NCBI GenBank assembly: GCA_046290225.1 | Contig: JBKAGE010000044.1 | Coordinates: 34,431-98,430 of the forward strand | Origin: Bradymonadia bacterium | Lineage (GTDB): Bacteria > Myxococcota_A > Bradymonadia > UBA7976 > UBA1532 | Length of the DNA stretch: 64,000 nucleotides | Direction: 5' to 3' | In this document: one piece after another, positions 9,113 to 18,903 of the stretch | How the letters are laid out: each line of letters begins with the position of its first letter | Numbering within the stretch: the first letter of the stretch is position 1 | Notes under the pieces: generated by a model | What the model saw: only the letters and a program-made list of their open reading frames with translations | What the model was told of the DNA's origin: nothing | The model's database searches: none | Made by a program: the position numbers and the translations under genes

Positions 9113-9817
9113 TCACAGCTCCGCTGGCCTGTCATCGAGGATCTGCCCCAGGGCGTCGTCGAAAGGCACACGCTGAAAGGTCCAGGCCTCGTAGACATCG
9201 ACGCGCTCGACGCACCGATCAGTCGCCCGAGGCTCGCCAAAGGTGAGGCCAGCAGGGTTGATGTCGACGAAGTCCATCAGCGTGCAGTCCCGGAACGGGA
9301 AGAAAGGCTCACCGCAGTTGTCCGTGGCGGTGCTCATGGGCACGTTCATCGTGGCGTTGCAGTCGTCCACCCCCAGAATTTCGAGGATTTGAGGCACGTC
9401 GACATAGGTGGTGACGTAGCTGCTGACATCTTGCCAGTCCAGCTCCACCGCGGTGTCGGAGATGGCCGCCGGGCCACCGAGACGGTACCCCCGAACGATG
9501 TCCCATCGAGCCAGAGGTACAGTCTGCGCCTCATCTGCGTAGACCAGGACCGCATGCCAGGCGTGGGTCTCCCCGACGATCCAGATGAGATCGGCCCACG
9601 CGGTGACGCCATTGCCTTCCACGGGCGACAGCACACGCCATATCCCCTTGAAATCAGACCCCTCCGGATCTCGCTCGCTGCCCGCTCGAGCGTCTTGAAT
9701 CAACTCATCCATCGAAGGTGGAGCGGTCTCTTCTGGCGTCGTAGTGTCCTCACCACAGCCTGTGGTGAGGCTGATCCACAACGCGGTGACGGCAAAAAGG
9801 GCGATTTGGCTGCTCAT
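9113..9817 (-). CDS. Lipoprotein, possibly APCDD1-like domain
   Basis: RBS GAAGGAG; LTTGC lipobox; W..VYAD...PL...GY.LG.P and LTFGE.R pattern recalls APCDD1 domains. Confidence 0.6.
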   Translation of the reverse strand: MSSQIALFAVTALWISLTTGCGEDTTTPEETAPPSMDELIQDARAGSERDPEGSDFKGIWRVLSPVEGNGVTAWADLIWIVGETHAWHAVLVYADEAQTVPLARWDIVRGYRLGGPAAISDTAVELDWQDVSSYVTTYVDVPQILEILGVDDCNATMNVPMSTATDNCGEPFFPFRDCTLMDFVDINPAGLTFGEPRATDRCVERVDVYEAWTFQRVPFDDALGQILDDRPAEL

Positions 9818-10019
9818 GAGCATCTCCTTCGGGTGACATGGGCTCTGCAAGAGCCTGAAAGGAGACTAGAAATGTGGTGAGACCAGAGCTTGTACGATGG
9901 CGCCAGCTCTCTCCTGGCTGCCTGAGTGCATGTCTGTGGTAAACGCTTTTTTTGCTGGAAGCCGCAGCGCGCTCCGTTAGGGTCGGTGCCCTTGACACTT
10001 GCCCTGCGGAGCCGACGCG

Positions 10020-10841
10020 ATGTCGACCAACCTTATCCTCGCACATACGCAGAACAGGGTACGCACCCTGACCATGAACAACCCGCGCCGCCTCAATGGG
10101 TGGACCCTCGAGATGATGGAGGCCCTCTTCGAAGCGATGAAGGTCGCCGCCGCAGACGACAACGTGGCGGTCCTCGTGCTCACGGGCACCGGCGACTACT
10201 ACAGCGCCGGGGTCAACCTGTCCTCCACCATCCAGTTGGGGCATCCCAAGGCGCTCCGGGAGCAGATCCGCAGCCACAACCAGCAGCTCTTCGATCAGTT
10301 CATCGACTTCCCAAAGCCGATCCTGGTGGCCTTCAACGGCCCCGCCATCGGTGCCACGGTGACCTCTTCGACGCTCTGCGACGGCGCCATCGCCTCGGAG
10401 AACGCCAACTTCCTGACCCCCTTCGCCCGCCTCGGCGTGCCCCCCGAGGGCTGCTCCAGTGAGCACTTGCCTCGCCTGATCGGCGAGGCGGCTGCGGAAC
10501 GCATGCTGGGCCGCGAAGGGTGGAAGCCCACCGCCGCCGAGGCCCTCGAGATGAACTTCCTCGACGAGGTCGTCGCCCCACAGGATCTCGCCAACCGCGC
10601 CCAGGCCATCGCCGAGTCCTGGATAGAGGCTGGCCATACCCGGAGCTTCCGCGCCGGGGCCACTGCCGAGCAGCTCAAGGCGATCAACGCCCGTGAGTCG
10701 GAAGATCTCGCCGACGCCTTCCTCGCACCGCCATTTCTCATGGGGCAGTTCAAGTTCTTGTGGAGTCGCAAGAAGTATGGCCCGGCCCTCACGTTCCTTG
10801 GCCTCCGCGCCACTCGACCTGGGTGGTCACGCCTGCTCTGA
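10020..10841 (+). CDS. Enoyl-CoA hydratase/isomerase (crotonase) family
   Basis: YYSAGVNL, PKPILVAFNGPAIG, TPFARLGVPPEGCSS motifs. Confidence 0.92.
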   Translation: MSTNLILAHTQNRVRTLTMNNPRRLNGWTLEMMEALFEAMKVAAADDNVAVLVLTGTGDYYSAGVNLSSTIQLGHPKALREQIRSHNQQLFDQFIDFPKPILVAFNGPAIGATVTSSTLCDGAIASENANFLTPFARLGVPPEGCSSEHLPRLIGEAAAERMLGREGWKPTAAEALEMNFLDEVVAPQDLANRAQAIAESWIEAGHTRSFRAGATAEQLKAINARESEDLADAFLAPPFLMGQFKFLWSRKKYGPALTFLGLRATRPGWSRLL

Positions 10842-10873
10842 AGACTGTTGTCTTCAACGTTGGGTGCGTGACT

Positions 10874-11527
10874 ATGAGTCTGCTACATTGCCCGCGCACC
10901 ACAGCTGGATCACCACAGGCAGTGAAGAACACCACAGGCAAATCAACGCAGCCCACCGCCCTCCGTGCGCTGTTATGCCTCGAAAAAGTCGCCCTCAAAA
11001 AAAGTCTCGATGGCCTGTCGATGCGTGGCGTGGCCGAGCAGCTCGGGATCTCTCTGGCGGCGCTGCAGTACCACTACCCGACGAAGTCGAAGCTGATCGA
11101 AGCCTTCATCGAGCAAAAACTCGAAGAGCACCGCAGCCGAACTCGGGCGCTCATCGAGCAGATCGACGGTTCGGAGAGTCTCGCTCAGGTGATCCGACGC
11201 ATCCTCGACGAGAGCAGAGCCACCGAAGCAGAGTTCAGCATCATGATGATGATCGAGGCCCGGGCTCTGCACGACGAGGGCACAGCACAGACGCTTCACC
11301 GCGGCATGTGTATGTACGTGCAGACGATGCAGGAGGCTGTCTCCGCGTGTGATCCCACCCTCGATGAGGCCCAATCGCTGAAGGCCGCCACCCTCATCAT
11401 CTCGCTCATCGAGGGCACGTACACCACCTTCGATGCCGCACACACGCTCGGTGCGCAGACGCCCGACCTCATCGATGCCATGGTCAATGCAGTGCTGGCC
11501 ATCCCCGAAGTCGTTAAGACGATCTGA
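10874..11527 (+). CDS. TetR/AcrR-family regulator (5' end uncertain or damaged)
   Basis: LDGLSMRGVAEQLGISLAALQYHYPTKSKL HTH; the preceding sequence is atypical. Confidence 0.75.
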   Translation: MSLLHCPRTTAGSPQAVKNTTGKSTQPTALRALLCLEKVALKKSLDGLSMRGVAEQLGISLAALQYHYPTKSKLIEAFIEQKLEEHRSRTRALIEQIDGSESLAQVIRRILDESRATEAEFSIMMMIEARALHDEGTAQTLHRGMCMYVQTMQEAVSACDPTLDEAQSLKAATLIISLIEGTYTTFDAAHTLGAQTPDLIDAMVNAVLAIPEVVKTI

Positions 11528-11627
11528 GCCTAAGCTCACACACCCCCCTGAGGCATCCAGGGCAGGCTTGCATGTTGTATCGGCTCGGTTATGTTGAAGA
11601 TCCACGCGAGATTCAGGAGTCGTTCAG

Positions 11628-12023
11628 ATGGCGCGAGTCACCGGCATCGGTGGTGTGTTCTTCAAATCCAACACGCCCAAAGAGCTCTCTGCCTGGTATG
11701 CCCGACATCTCGGTATGCGCCTCGAGCCGTGGGGCGGCGCGATCCTCAAGTGGCCTGAGGACACCGCGGAAGATCGAGGCGTGACCGTGTGGAACCTGTC
11801 GGCGAAGGACTCAGACTGGTTTGCACCGAGCACATCGACGTTCATGATCAATTATCGCGTCGACGATCTGGATGCGCTGCTCTCACAGTTGCGTGATGCC
11901 GGTGTGGAGATTCTGGGCGGCCCGGAAACCCACGAGAATGGCAAATTTGCGTGGCTCATGGATCCGGAGGGCAACAAGCTCGAACTCTGGGAGCCCATGC
12001 TCTGGGACGAGGCGAACGGCTGA
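11628..12023 (+). CDS. VOC/glyoxalase family protein
   Basis: RVTGIGGVFFK, MINYRVDDLD, GKFAWLMDPEGNKLELWEP motifs. Confidence 0.93.
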   Translation: MARVTGIGGVFFKSNTPKELSAWYARHLGMRLEPWGGAILKWPEDTAEDRGVTVWNLSAKDSDWFAPSTSTFMINYRVDDLDALLSQLRDAGVEILGGPETHENGKFAWLMDPEGNKLELWEPMLWDEANG

Positions 12024-12046
12024 TCATGTGTGGGTAAGAATGCGCC

Positions 12047-13021
12047 ATGACGTCCACTGATCTCACCGGGCTCAACACGCTGCACGCCCTGCTCGAAGAG
12101 GAGAGCGTCTCTGGCGCAGCCCGCCGGCTGGGGCTCTCCACACCAGCGGTGAGTCACGCCCTTGCCAAGCTGAGGGCACGACTCGACGATCCGCTCCTCG
12201 TACGGGCCGGACGGCGCATGGTCCTCACGCCGAGAGCCGTGGCCCTCAAGCCACGGGTACGACAGGCCATCGCCACAGCTGCACTGGTCTTCGACCCCGA
12301 GACCCCCTTCAGCCCGGCGACGCTCGAACACACATTCACCGTGAGCGCCACCGACTATGTGCTGCTCGTCTTTGGTGGAGCGCTCGACGCTGCATTGCAG
12401 GCGGAGGCGCCAGGGCTGAACCTGAGGATTGTGCCCAATGTGGTCGATGACGCCGCGCGGTTGCGGGCGGGAGAGACTGATCTCGCGATTGGCATCTATG
12501 GCGATCTGCCACCTGAGCTGAAGATCCGTCCAATCATCACTGATCGCTTCGTCTGCGTCGTACGCCAGGGGCATCCCCTGCTCGGTGAAGCGCTCACCGT
12601 CGAAGCCTATGCAGCCCTCGAGCATGTGCAGGTGGCACCGAGAGGCCGCCCGGGTGGCTACCTGGACGAGTGCCTCGCCGAGTTGGGCCTGAGCCGACGC
12701 GTGGCCCGAGCGGTGCCGTACTTTCAGTCGGCCCTCGAGCTGACGGCGCGCTCTGACCGCATCCTCACCGTCTCTGAACGCATCGCCCGACGGCTCGGAC
12801 CAGGCCTCGCCCTTGAGATCCTCGAGCCGCCTCTGCCCCTGGAGCCCTTCGCGCTCTCCATGATCTGGCACCCTCGCCACGATGCCGATCCAGGGCACCG
12901 CTGGCTGCGCGCACAACTGGCCCACGTCACCGGCTCCATGGGGGGCATGGCCCACGCAGAGCCTCGCCGACGCCTCAGCCGCTCTGATCCCACGACCGGT
13001 ATGGGCACACGTAAAGATTGA
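12047..13021 (+). CDS. LysR-family transcriptional regulator
   Basis: N-terminal HTH (SVSGAARRLGLSTPAVSHAL) plus substrate-binding domain. Confidence 0.95.
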   Translation: MTSTDLTGLNTLHALLEEESVSGAARRLGLSTPAVSHALAKLRARLDDPLLVRAGRRMVLTPRAVALKPRVRQAIATAALVFDPETPFSPATLEHTFTVSATDYVLLVFGGALDAALQAEAPGLNLRIVPNVVDDAARLRAGETDLAIGIYGDLPPELKIRPIITDRFVCVVRQGHPLLGEALTVEAYAALEHVQVAPRGRPGGYLDECLAELGLSRRVARAVPYFQSALELTARSDRILTVSERIARRLGPGLALEILEPPLPLEPFALSMIWHPRHDADPGHRWLRAQLAHVTGSMGGMAHAEPRRRLSRSDPTTGMGTRKD

Positions 13022-13066
13022 ATCGTGTGCAACTATAAATTGAATTCCGTTCTATTGTTGAAACAT
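13017..13066. promoter_or_regulatory. AT-rich probable LysR operator and promoter for the downstream operon
   Basis: Abrupt AT-rich patch with ATTGAAT repeated and T-N11-A spacing between lysR and the DJ-1 gene. Confidence 0.45.
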
Positions 13067-13117
13067 CCTTAGATCAGAACACTGGCTCTGTACCCACCTC
13101 ACAGCAGGAGCCAGCGC

Positions 13118-13864
13118 ATGAGCGCCAACGCCAACATCACCCAGCCAGAGCGCAAGAAGCGCATCCTCATCATCGCAGCCAACCCCTCCACCTCCACGGT
13201 GACCCAATGGCCCGTGGGCTTCTGGTGGGCTGAGCTCACCCACCCCTACTGGGCCTTCACCGAAGCGGGCTACGAGGTGGAAATCCGCAGCCCTGACGGC
13301 GGCGCGCTGCAGGCTGACGGGTTCAGCGATCCAGAAGACGATAGTGGCTACTCGGCCCACGACATCCTGAGCCTCGGGTTCAAGCACTCGGCGCAGCACA
13401 TGGCCCTCCTCAACGACACCAGGAGCATCGACGACGTTAACCCTGCCCACTACGACGCCATCTTCCTCGCCGGCGGGCAGTCCCCAATGTTCACCTTCCG
13501 CGGCAACGAGAAGCTCCAGAAGCTCGTGGCGGTCTTCTATGAAGCGGGCAAAATCACGGCCCTGGTCTGTCACGCCACCTGCATGCTCCTCGAGACGAAG
13601 CTCAGCTCCGGTGAGCTGCTTGTGAAGGGGAAGACCTGGACGGGCTTCACCGATGCTGAAGAGGCCTTCGCCGACAACTATGTGGGCCTGCACATCCAAC
13701 CTTTCTGGATCGAGAGCGAGGCCCGCACACTCGAAGACACCAACTTCGTCGTGGATCAGATGTTCCGGCCCTTCGCGGTCCGTGACGGTCGGCTGATCAC
13801 AGGACAGCAGCAGTTCTCCGGAGCCGAAACCGCCAACCTCGTCATCGAAGCCCTCGGCCGCTGA
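13118..13864 (+). CDS. DJ-1/PfpI-family protein
   Basis: GFWWAELTHP, LAGGQSP, VCHA, LITGQQ motifs; RBS AGGAG. Confidence 0.93.
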   Translation: MSANANITQPERKKRILIIAANPSTSTVTQWPVGFWWAELTHPYWAFTEAGYEVEIRSPDGGALQADGFSDPEDDSGYSAHDILSLGFKHSAQHMALLNDTRSIDDVNPAHYDAIFLAGGQSPMFTFRGNEKLQKLVAVFYEAGKITALVCHATCMLLETKLSSGELLVKGKTWTGFTDAEEAFADNYVGLHIQPFWIESEARTLEDTNFVVDQMFRPFAVRDGRLITGQQQFSGAETANLVIEALGR

Positions 13865-13878
13865 GCATAGGAGGCAAC

Positions 13879-14523
13879 ATGAAGATCGCGTTCATCGGCG
13901 CTGGTAGGGTCGGCGCCCCCCTCGCAGCTCACCTCGCCGAAGCCGGGCACACAGTCTGGCTGGCTCAAACAAAAGATGACTCCAAGAGTCTCGATACAGC
14001 CCTCGCACGCTCGCTCCGCCTCTCTGCGCGCCCCCTCGACGAGGCCATTCGAGACGCAGATGCGGTCTTTCTCGCGATCCCCTTCGGCGCTCACGAGACA
14101 CTGTTGCCCACGATCGCCGACGCCCTGGCGGGCAAGGTGCTCGTCGACTGCACCAACCCCGTGGGCCCAGGGCTCTCTCACGGCCTCGGAGATCGCTCGG
14201 GCAGTGCGTACGTGCAAAGCCTCGTGCCCGGCGCCCGGGTGGTGAAGGCCTTCTCCATCTATGGGTTCGAGAACTTCGAGGACCCAGGATTTCCCGGCTA
14301 TGGCATACGCCCAGTGATGCTCTTCTGCGGTGAAGACCCTTCGGCCAAGGCAACTGTGGCGACATTTATCAATGATTGCGGATTTGAGCCGATGGATGTT
14401 GGCGGACTCGCCCAGGCCCTGCACCTCGAGCACATGACCCTGATGTGGGTGCGCATGGTGCGGGTGGACCGACACTCACCCCACCTGACCTGGGCGGCGC
14501 TCCGGCGCATCAAGGCATCCTGA
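13879..14523 (+). CDS. NADPH-dependent F420 reductase-like NADP oxidoreductase
   Basis: IGAGRVG, LVDCTNP, VVKAF, DVGGL motifs. Confidence 0.9.
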   Translation: MKIAFIGAGRVGAPLAAHLAEAGHTVWLAQTKDDSKSLDTALARSLRLSARPLDEAIRDADAVFLAIPFGAHETLLPTIADALAGKVLVDCTNPVGPGLSHGLGDRSGSAYVQSLVPGARVVKAFSIYGFENFEDPGFPGYGIRPVMLFCGEDPSAKATVATFINDCGFEPMDVGGLAQALHLEHMTLMWVRMVRVDRHSPHLTWAALRRIKAS

Positions 14524-14645
14524 AACGCACAGCCTGCCTGAGGAAGACTGAGTAGAAACACGCTTCAGCGTGCCCATGAGGCCGGGTATGGTCGCTCTGT
14601 CCCGGAGAGTTGGGCTCAGTATTCCAGTCCAGGAAGGCATACTCA

Positions 14646-15410
14646 TTGAGTTCGAAGCGCAAACAGGCCATCCGCACCCTGCTCAAGGGCATCGAGAGCG
14701 GAGATCCCGCTGCAGCCGCCGTGGTCAACGAGGCGAAGTACATTCAGCACAACCCGCAGACTCACGAGGGCAGTGAGGGGCTCGCCGCCCTCTTCGCACG
14801 GCTGTCGAAGACCAACCCTCGGGTGAACATCGTGCGCATCTTCTCCGACGGTGACTTTGTCTTCGGCCACACCGAGTATGACTTCTCGACGCGACGCATC
14901 GGATTCGAAGTCTTCCGCTTCGAGGGCGATCAGGCCGTAGAGCACTGGGACAACATTCAGCCCCGTAAGGGGCCCAACCCTGCGGGCCGTAGTATGGTGG
15001 ACGGCCCCACTGAAGTGGTGGATCTGCCACACACCGAGGCCAACCGGGCCCGGGTGGTGGACTTTGTGCGAGAGGTGCTCATCGCAAGGCGACCAGAGCG
15101 CATCGCCGAGTTCGTCGACGTCGATCGCTTCGTGGAGCACAACCCGGGCATGACAGATGACTTGTCAGCGCTGCGAGAGGCGCTGACGGCCCCTGAGGGC
15201 TCAGCGGACGCCATCGACTATCGGCAGCAGCACCGCGTGCTCGCCGAGGGCAATTTCGTCTTGTCGGTGTGCGAGGGTGCTGTTGGGGGCGAGCACTCGG
15301 CGCTCTATGATCTGTTCCGGCTCGAAGCCGGCAAGATCGTCGAACATTGGGACACGACGGAGCACGTGGCACCGCGCTCGGAGTGGAAGAACGACAACGG
15401 TAAGTTCTGA
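14646..15410 (+). CDS. Tandem SnoaL/NTF2-like domain protein
   Basis: Two copies of Y/F-x-Q/E-HNP ... FR.E.G...EHWD. Start TTG 14646 after AGGAAGG (uncertain). Confidence 0.88.
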   Translation: MSSKRKQAIRTLLKGIESGDPAAAAVVNEAKYIQHNPQTHEGSEGLAALFARLSKTNPRVNIVRIFSDGDFVFGHTEYDFSTRRIGFEVFRFEGDQAVEHWDNIQPRKGPNPAGRSMVDGPTEVVDLPHTEANRARVVDFVREVLIARRPERIAEFVDVDRFVEHNPGMTDDLSALREALTAPEGSADAIDYRQQHRVLAEGNFVLSVCEGAVGGEHSALYDLFRLEAGKIVEHWDTTEHVAPRSEWKNDNGKF

Positions 15411-15413
15411 GAA

Positions 15414-16085
15414 TCAGTCGAGGCCCGACTTGCCCTCGACCCAGTAGGCCTTCACCTTGAAGTCGCTCACCCCACGGGCCCTGAGCTCGCCTCGCACGCG
15501 CTTGATCATCGCGCCGCCGCCGGCCATCCCCACCCGAGCCCCCGAGGCCACCGCGTCGAGGAGCGCTGGATCTGTCCGGGCGCCTCGTCGAAAGACCTGG
15601 GCGTCGCTCAGCCCCAGCTGTTCGAGGGCCGGCGCGACATCGAGCTCGGGCGCCACTTCGAGGATCGTCTCGAAGCCCTGCGGCCGGGCGCGCTTGAAGG
15701 CGGCGGCCACGGCGATGGCGGTCTCATCGCCGATGAAGGTGATGGGCCCTGCAGGCAGGCTGAGGGAGCGCGACGGGCCTACGAACCTGATCTTCTGACC
15801 TGCCTCGAGCCCCTTGAGCCACCGCGTCGCCGGCGTTGACCCACCATGGTCGAAGGCCAGCAGCTCGAACCGGCCGTTGTCCCAGCCCACAGGGGTGTAC
15901 GTGCGCACATCCCGAGAAGGGAAGACGATCTGCACCTTCGCCCCGGGCGTATACCCCTTGGCAGGCGCCCCACGGACCTCGAGGTACACAAAGCGCTCGC
16001 CGAGCACCTCGACGCGACTGAGCTCGGCTTCGGAGAGCACGAGGCCTCCGAGCAGATTCAAGATGCGGCCTTTCGCAGATGACAT
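15414..16085 (-). CDS. Siderophore-interacting / FAD-binding ferric reductase-like protein
   Basis: RTYTP, HG...ATRW, GP, GDETA, KAYW motifs. Confidence 0.88.
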   Translation of the reverse strand: MSSAKGRILNLLGGLVLSEAELSRVEVLGERFVYLEVRGAPAKGYTPGAKVQIVFPSRDVRTYTPVGWDNGRFELLAFDHGGSTPATRWLKGLEAGQKIRFVGPSRSLSLPAGPITFIGDETAIAVAAAFKRARPQGFETILEVAPELDVAPALEQLGLSDAQVFRRGARTDPALLDAVASGARVGMAGGGAMIKRVRGELRARGVSDFKVKAYWVEGKSGLD

Positions 16086-16152
16086 GCACGCTCCCGTTGT
16101 GCAGTTCAGAGAGTTGAACGCGCTGATGAGATGGTCGAGCGGCAGGATCGGT

Positions 16153-16926
16153 TCAGAACTTGCCAGAGTTGGCCCACTCTTCTCGGGGTGGCACCGGTTC
16201 CGAGTTGTCCCAGTGTTCGACGATCTTGCCGTCTTCGAGCCGGAACAGATCCACTTGGCAGAGATCCTGCTCTTCCCAGCGAGCGCGGTTGAGGGTGGCG
16301 ACGAAGTTCCCCTCCCCCACCATCATGAAGCACGACTGGTAGCTCAACGGATCATCTTCTTTGTCGGCGAGCTTGAGGAACGCGTCGAGGCCGTCGCCCA
16401 CCACGGCGTTGTGTTGCAGATACTTCTCGCTGTTGATGAAGTCGGTGACGCGATCGAACCGTCGCCCGATCAGGCATGTCTCGATGAACTCGCGCACCAC
16501 AGCCTTGTTGGCCTCGGTCTTGTCGAGATCGACGATCTCCGTGGGGCCATCGGTCAAAGTCCGGCCTGAGGGGTTCGGAGGTGTATCAGCGGCGATGACA
16601 TCCCAGTGCTCGATGATTTTGCCGTCGGCGTCACTGTCGAAGAAGTCCGTAGTCACCCACTTGCTCTCTCCGTCATTCAAGACCTGATGGGCGTGAATGA
16701 AGACGTTGGGGCCGTCTTGCAGCGCCCGCACCACGCGGATGTCCCGCTTGGGGTTCCGGGCGATGAAGGGCTCGAAGAAAGCCACAAAGCCTTCGACGCC
16801 GTCGGCGACCCCCGTGGAGTGCTGGGTGTAGCGGTCTCCGGTGTACTTTTCGACTGCGGCGCGGGCGTTGCCGTCGCGGATCCCGTCCATGTAGAGGGCG
16901 ATGGCGTTGTCTCTCGGTGAAGCCAC
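16153..16926 (-). CDS. Tandem SnoaL/NTF2-like domain protein (paralog of 14646-15410)
   Basis: YTQHS/YLQHN and two KI.EHWD motifs; GTG 16926 with RBS AAGGGAG. Confidence 0.88.
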   Translation of the reverse strand: MASPRDNAIALYMDGIRDGNARAAVEKYTGDRYTQHSTGVADGVEGFVAFFEPFIARNPKRDIRVVRALQDGPNVFIHAHQVLNDGESKWVTTDFFDSDADGKIIEHWDVIAADTPPNPSGRTLTDGPTEIVDLDKTEANKAVVREFIETCLIGRRFDRVTDFINSEKYLQHNAVVGDGLDAFLKLADKEDDPLSYQSCFMMVGEGNFVATLNRARWEEQDLCQVDLFRLEDGKIVEHWDNSEPVPPREEWANSGKF

Positions 16927-17016
16927 AAGGTCTCCCTTGTTGTATGAATGAGGTGCATGAGAGTGCACCTCATTCACAGTGCGTCGTCGAGCCTTCTGTC
17001 TCATTGTCATCAAACT

Positions 17017-17345
17017 TCACATTTCAAGATCTGGCACAAAGCCTCTGAGCAACACTTCCAGGTGGGACTCCAGCGCCTCAAAGGCCTCTGCCTTCGAAGT
17101 CACGCCTCGGCCTTCGTTGGCCAGCGTCACCAGGCCATGCACCTGCGACGGGAGGTGAAGCGCGAGTGAGGCAGTCGAAAGACCCGCAGGCGATGCCGGC
17201 TAACGCCTTTAAAGCATCGTCGAGGACGCTTTCGGCTGCATCGCGAAGTGCTGATGCCCAGACAGGCGAAGGTATCTGGCTTTGCCAGACAACTCGTAGT
17301 CGACAGAGGCGAAGCCGACGGAGCGAAGAGTTGCCCATCGGGTGC
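17017..17345 (-). pseudogene. Decayed TetR-family (WHG-type C-terminal domain) regulator
   Basis: Fragments in three frames: LRSVGFASVDYELSGKARY, ALRDAAESVLDDALKAL, ALHLPSQVHGLVTL...LESHLEVLLRGF-stop. Confidence 0.65.
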
Positions 17346-17412
17346 CTTCGTCTGGCTGAGCTAGACAGCACTGCCTTTCTGGCGATGGGAGCAGTTGTGT
17401 TAGAACCTCTTT

Positions 17413-18207
17413 ATGCTTTTGAGGAGGCTGGTCTTGCACTCCAAACTGATCTGCGCGCTGGTCTTTAGCTGGGCAGCCATCGGTGCCGGCTGCGCTTCGG
17501 ACTACACCCGCACGCAGTTGCCCCAAGGTGAGGTGCACTCGGTCCGCATTGCGTACAACAACGCCCACGTGCTCGTAGGGCCCGCTGGGGCGGTACTCAT
17601 CGACTCGGGGCTCGAACGGGATGCCTCGGAGTTGCTCGAAGAGATCGCTGACGCTGATGTGTCCCCTGCTTCGATCAAGGCTGTCATCATCACCCATGGT
17701 CACGCAGATCATGCCGGTGGGGCCCGCCTGCTGCGCGAGCGTCACGGCGCGCAGATCATCGCAGGTCAGGCAGAGCGCCCCATGCTCGAGGCAGGGCAGA
17801 ACGATCGCCTTTGCCCCACAGGAGATCGGGCCCGTGACGACCTCGAGAAGTATCAAAACGAGACTTACACGGGCTATGCCGCCGACATCTGGATCTCAGA
17901 GCAGATGGATCTGGCGCCGCTCACGGGCATCGAGGGACACATCGTGGCTCTGCCAGGTCACACGCCTGGCTCCCTGGTTGTGATCGCAGGCAAGGTGGCC
18001 TTCGTCGGGGATCTCTTCCGCGGAGCCATCGTGGGCGCCTCGGCGGAGACACACTTCTACATGTGCGATCTCGCCGACAACCGCCGCGACATCGAGTGGC
18101 TGCTCGCCACGTACCCTCAGGTGCACACCTTCTTCGCGGGGCACTTCGGCCCGGTCTCGCGAGAGGCAATCACCGAATATCTCGATCGCTCGAAGAGCGA
18201 AGGCTGA
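17413..18207 (+). CDS. MBL-fold metallo-hydrolase, probable lipoprotein
   Basis: THGHADHAGG, PGHTPGS, VGD, GHFG motifs; GAGC lipobox. Confidence 0.92.
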   Translation: MLLRRLVLHSKLICALVFSWAAIGAGCASDYTRTQLPQGEVHSVRIAYNNAHVLVGPAGAVLIDSGLERDASELLEEIADADVSPASIKAVIITHGHADHAGGARLLRERHGAQIIAGQAERPMLEAGQNDRLCPTGDRARDDLEKYQNETYTGYAADIWISEQMDLAPLTGIEGHIVALPGHTPGSLVVIAGKVAFVGDLFRGAIVGASAETHFYMCDLADNRRDIEWLLATYPQVHTFFAGHFGPVSREAITEYLDRSKSEG

Positions 18208-18816
18208 TCAGGTCACCTCGGGGCGCCGACCCACAGCCCACATGACCTCCGCTTCTCCTTTGGGAGTCTCCATCGTAAAGGCGGGCTCCAAACGCACACG
18301 CTCCAAGTCGGCTCCATCGAGCGCTTCGCTGATCTCCTGACTCGTCAACCCATAGGGATCGTCTCCCCCCGTCCATGCCCAGTCCCACTGAACGAAGAGG
18401 CCGCCAGGCTGGAGCGCCCCAGCCAGTGTACGCAGAACGCCAGGGTAACCTTTACCGAGGAATGCACACACTGACGACGCCACGATGAGGCCATACGGCC
18501 CGGAGATCTCCTCAGGCAGCACGCCGTCGGCGGGCACCGTACCCACCCGAGCATCCACGTGGGGGAGCCCCTTCGCCCTGAGCACCTCGATCATCGCCAG
18601 CGATCCGTCGAGAGCCAGCACCTGAGCTGGGGCGAGCTTCTCGGAGAGAAGCCCGGTGCCGCAGCCGAAGTCCAATACACGAGCGCCGTCGAGCGAGCGC
18701 CCGAGGGACGTCAACAGCTCGCTCAACAAGGCGTAGGCCTGCTCCGCATATGACCGCGCCCCTGGATCCTCGTCCCAGCCCTCGGCATAGGCATCCCAGC
18801 TGTTGTCTTCGCTCAT
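18208..18816 (-). CDS. Class I SAM-dependent methyltransferase
   Basis: VLDFGCGTG, LIVASSV, LQPGG motifs. Confidence 0.92.
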   Translation of the reverse strand: MSEDNSWDAYAEGWDEDPGARSYAEQAYALLSELLTSLGRSLDGARVLDFGCGTGLLSEKLAPAQVLALDGSLAMIEVLRAKGLPHVDARVGTVPADGVLPEEISGPYGLIVASSVCAFLGKGYPGVLRTLAGALQPGGLFVQWDWAWTGGDDPYGLTSQEISEALDGADLERVRLEPAFTMETPKGEAEVMWAVGRRPEVT

Positions 18817-18903
18817 CTACAACCTCCCAATCCGATTGAACCCGACGCGACCGTCGGTGTAGAGCTTCGCCATCTCCGACCACGCCCGTGAAAACTACGT
18901 CTC

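Noticed and set aside
10998..11004. A-AAA-AAG as a programmed -1 frameshift producing the TetR protein
   Set aside because: The HTH is in the +1 frame relative to ATG 10975, so a -1 shift does not reach it.
17031..17048. CTGGCACA as a third sigma54 promoter
   Set aside because: No GC at the -12 position, and it lies inside the pseudogene.
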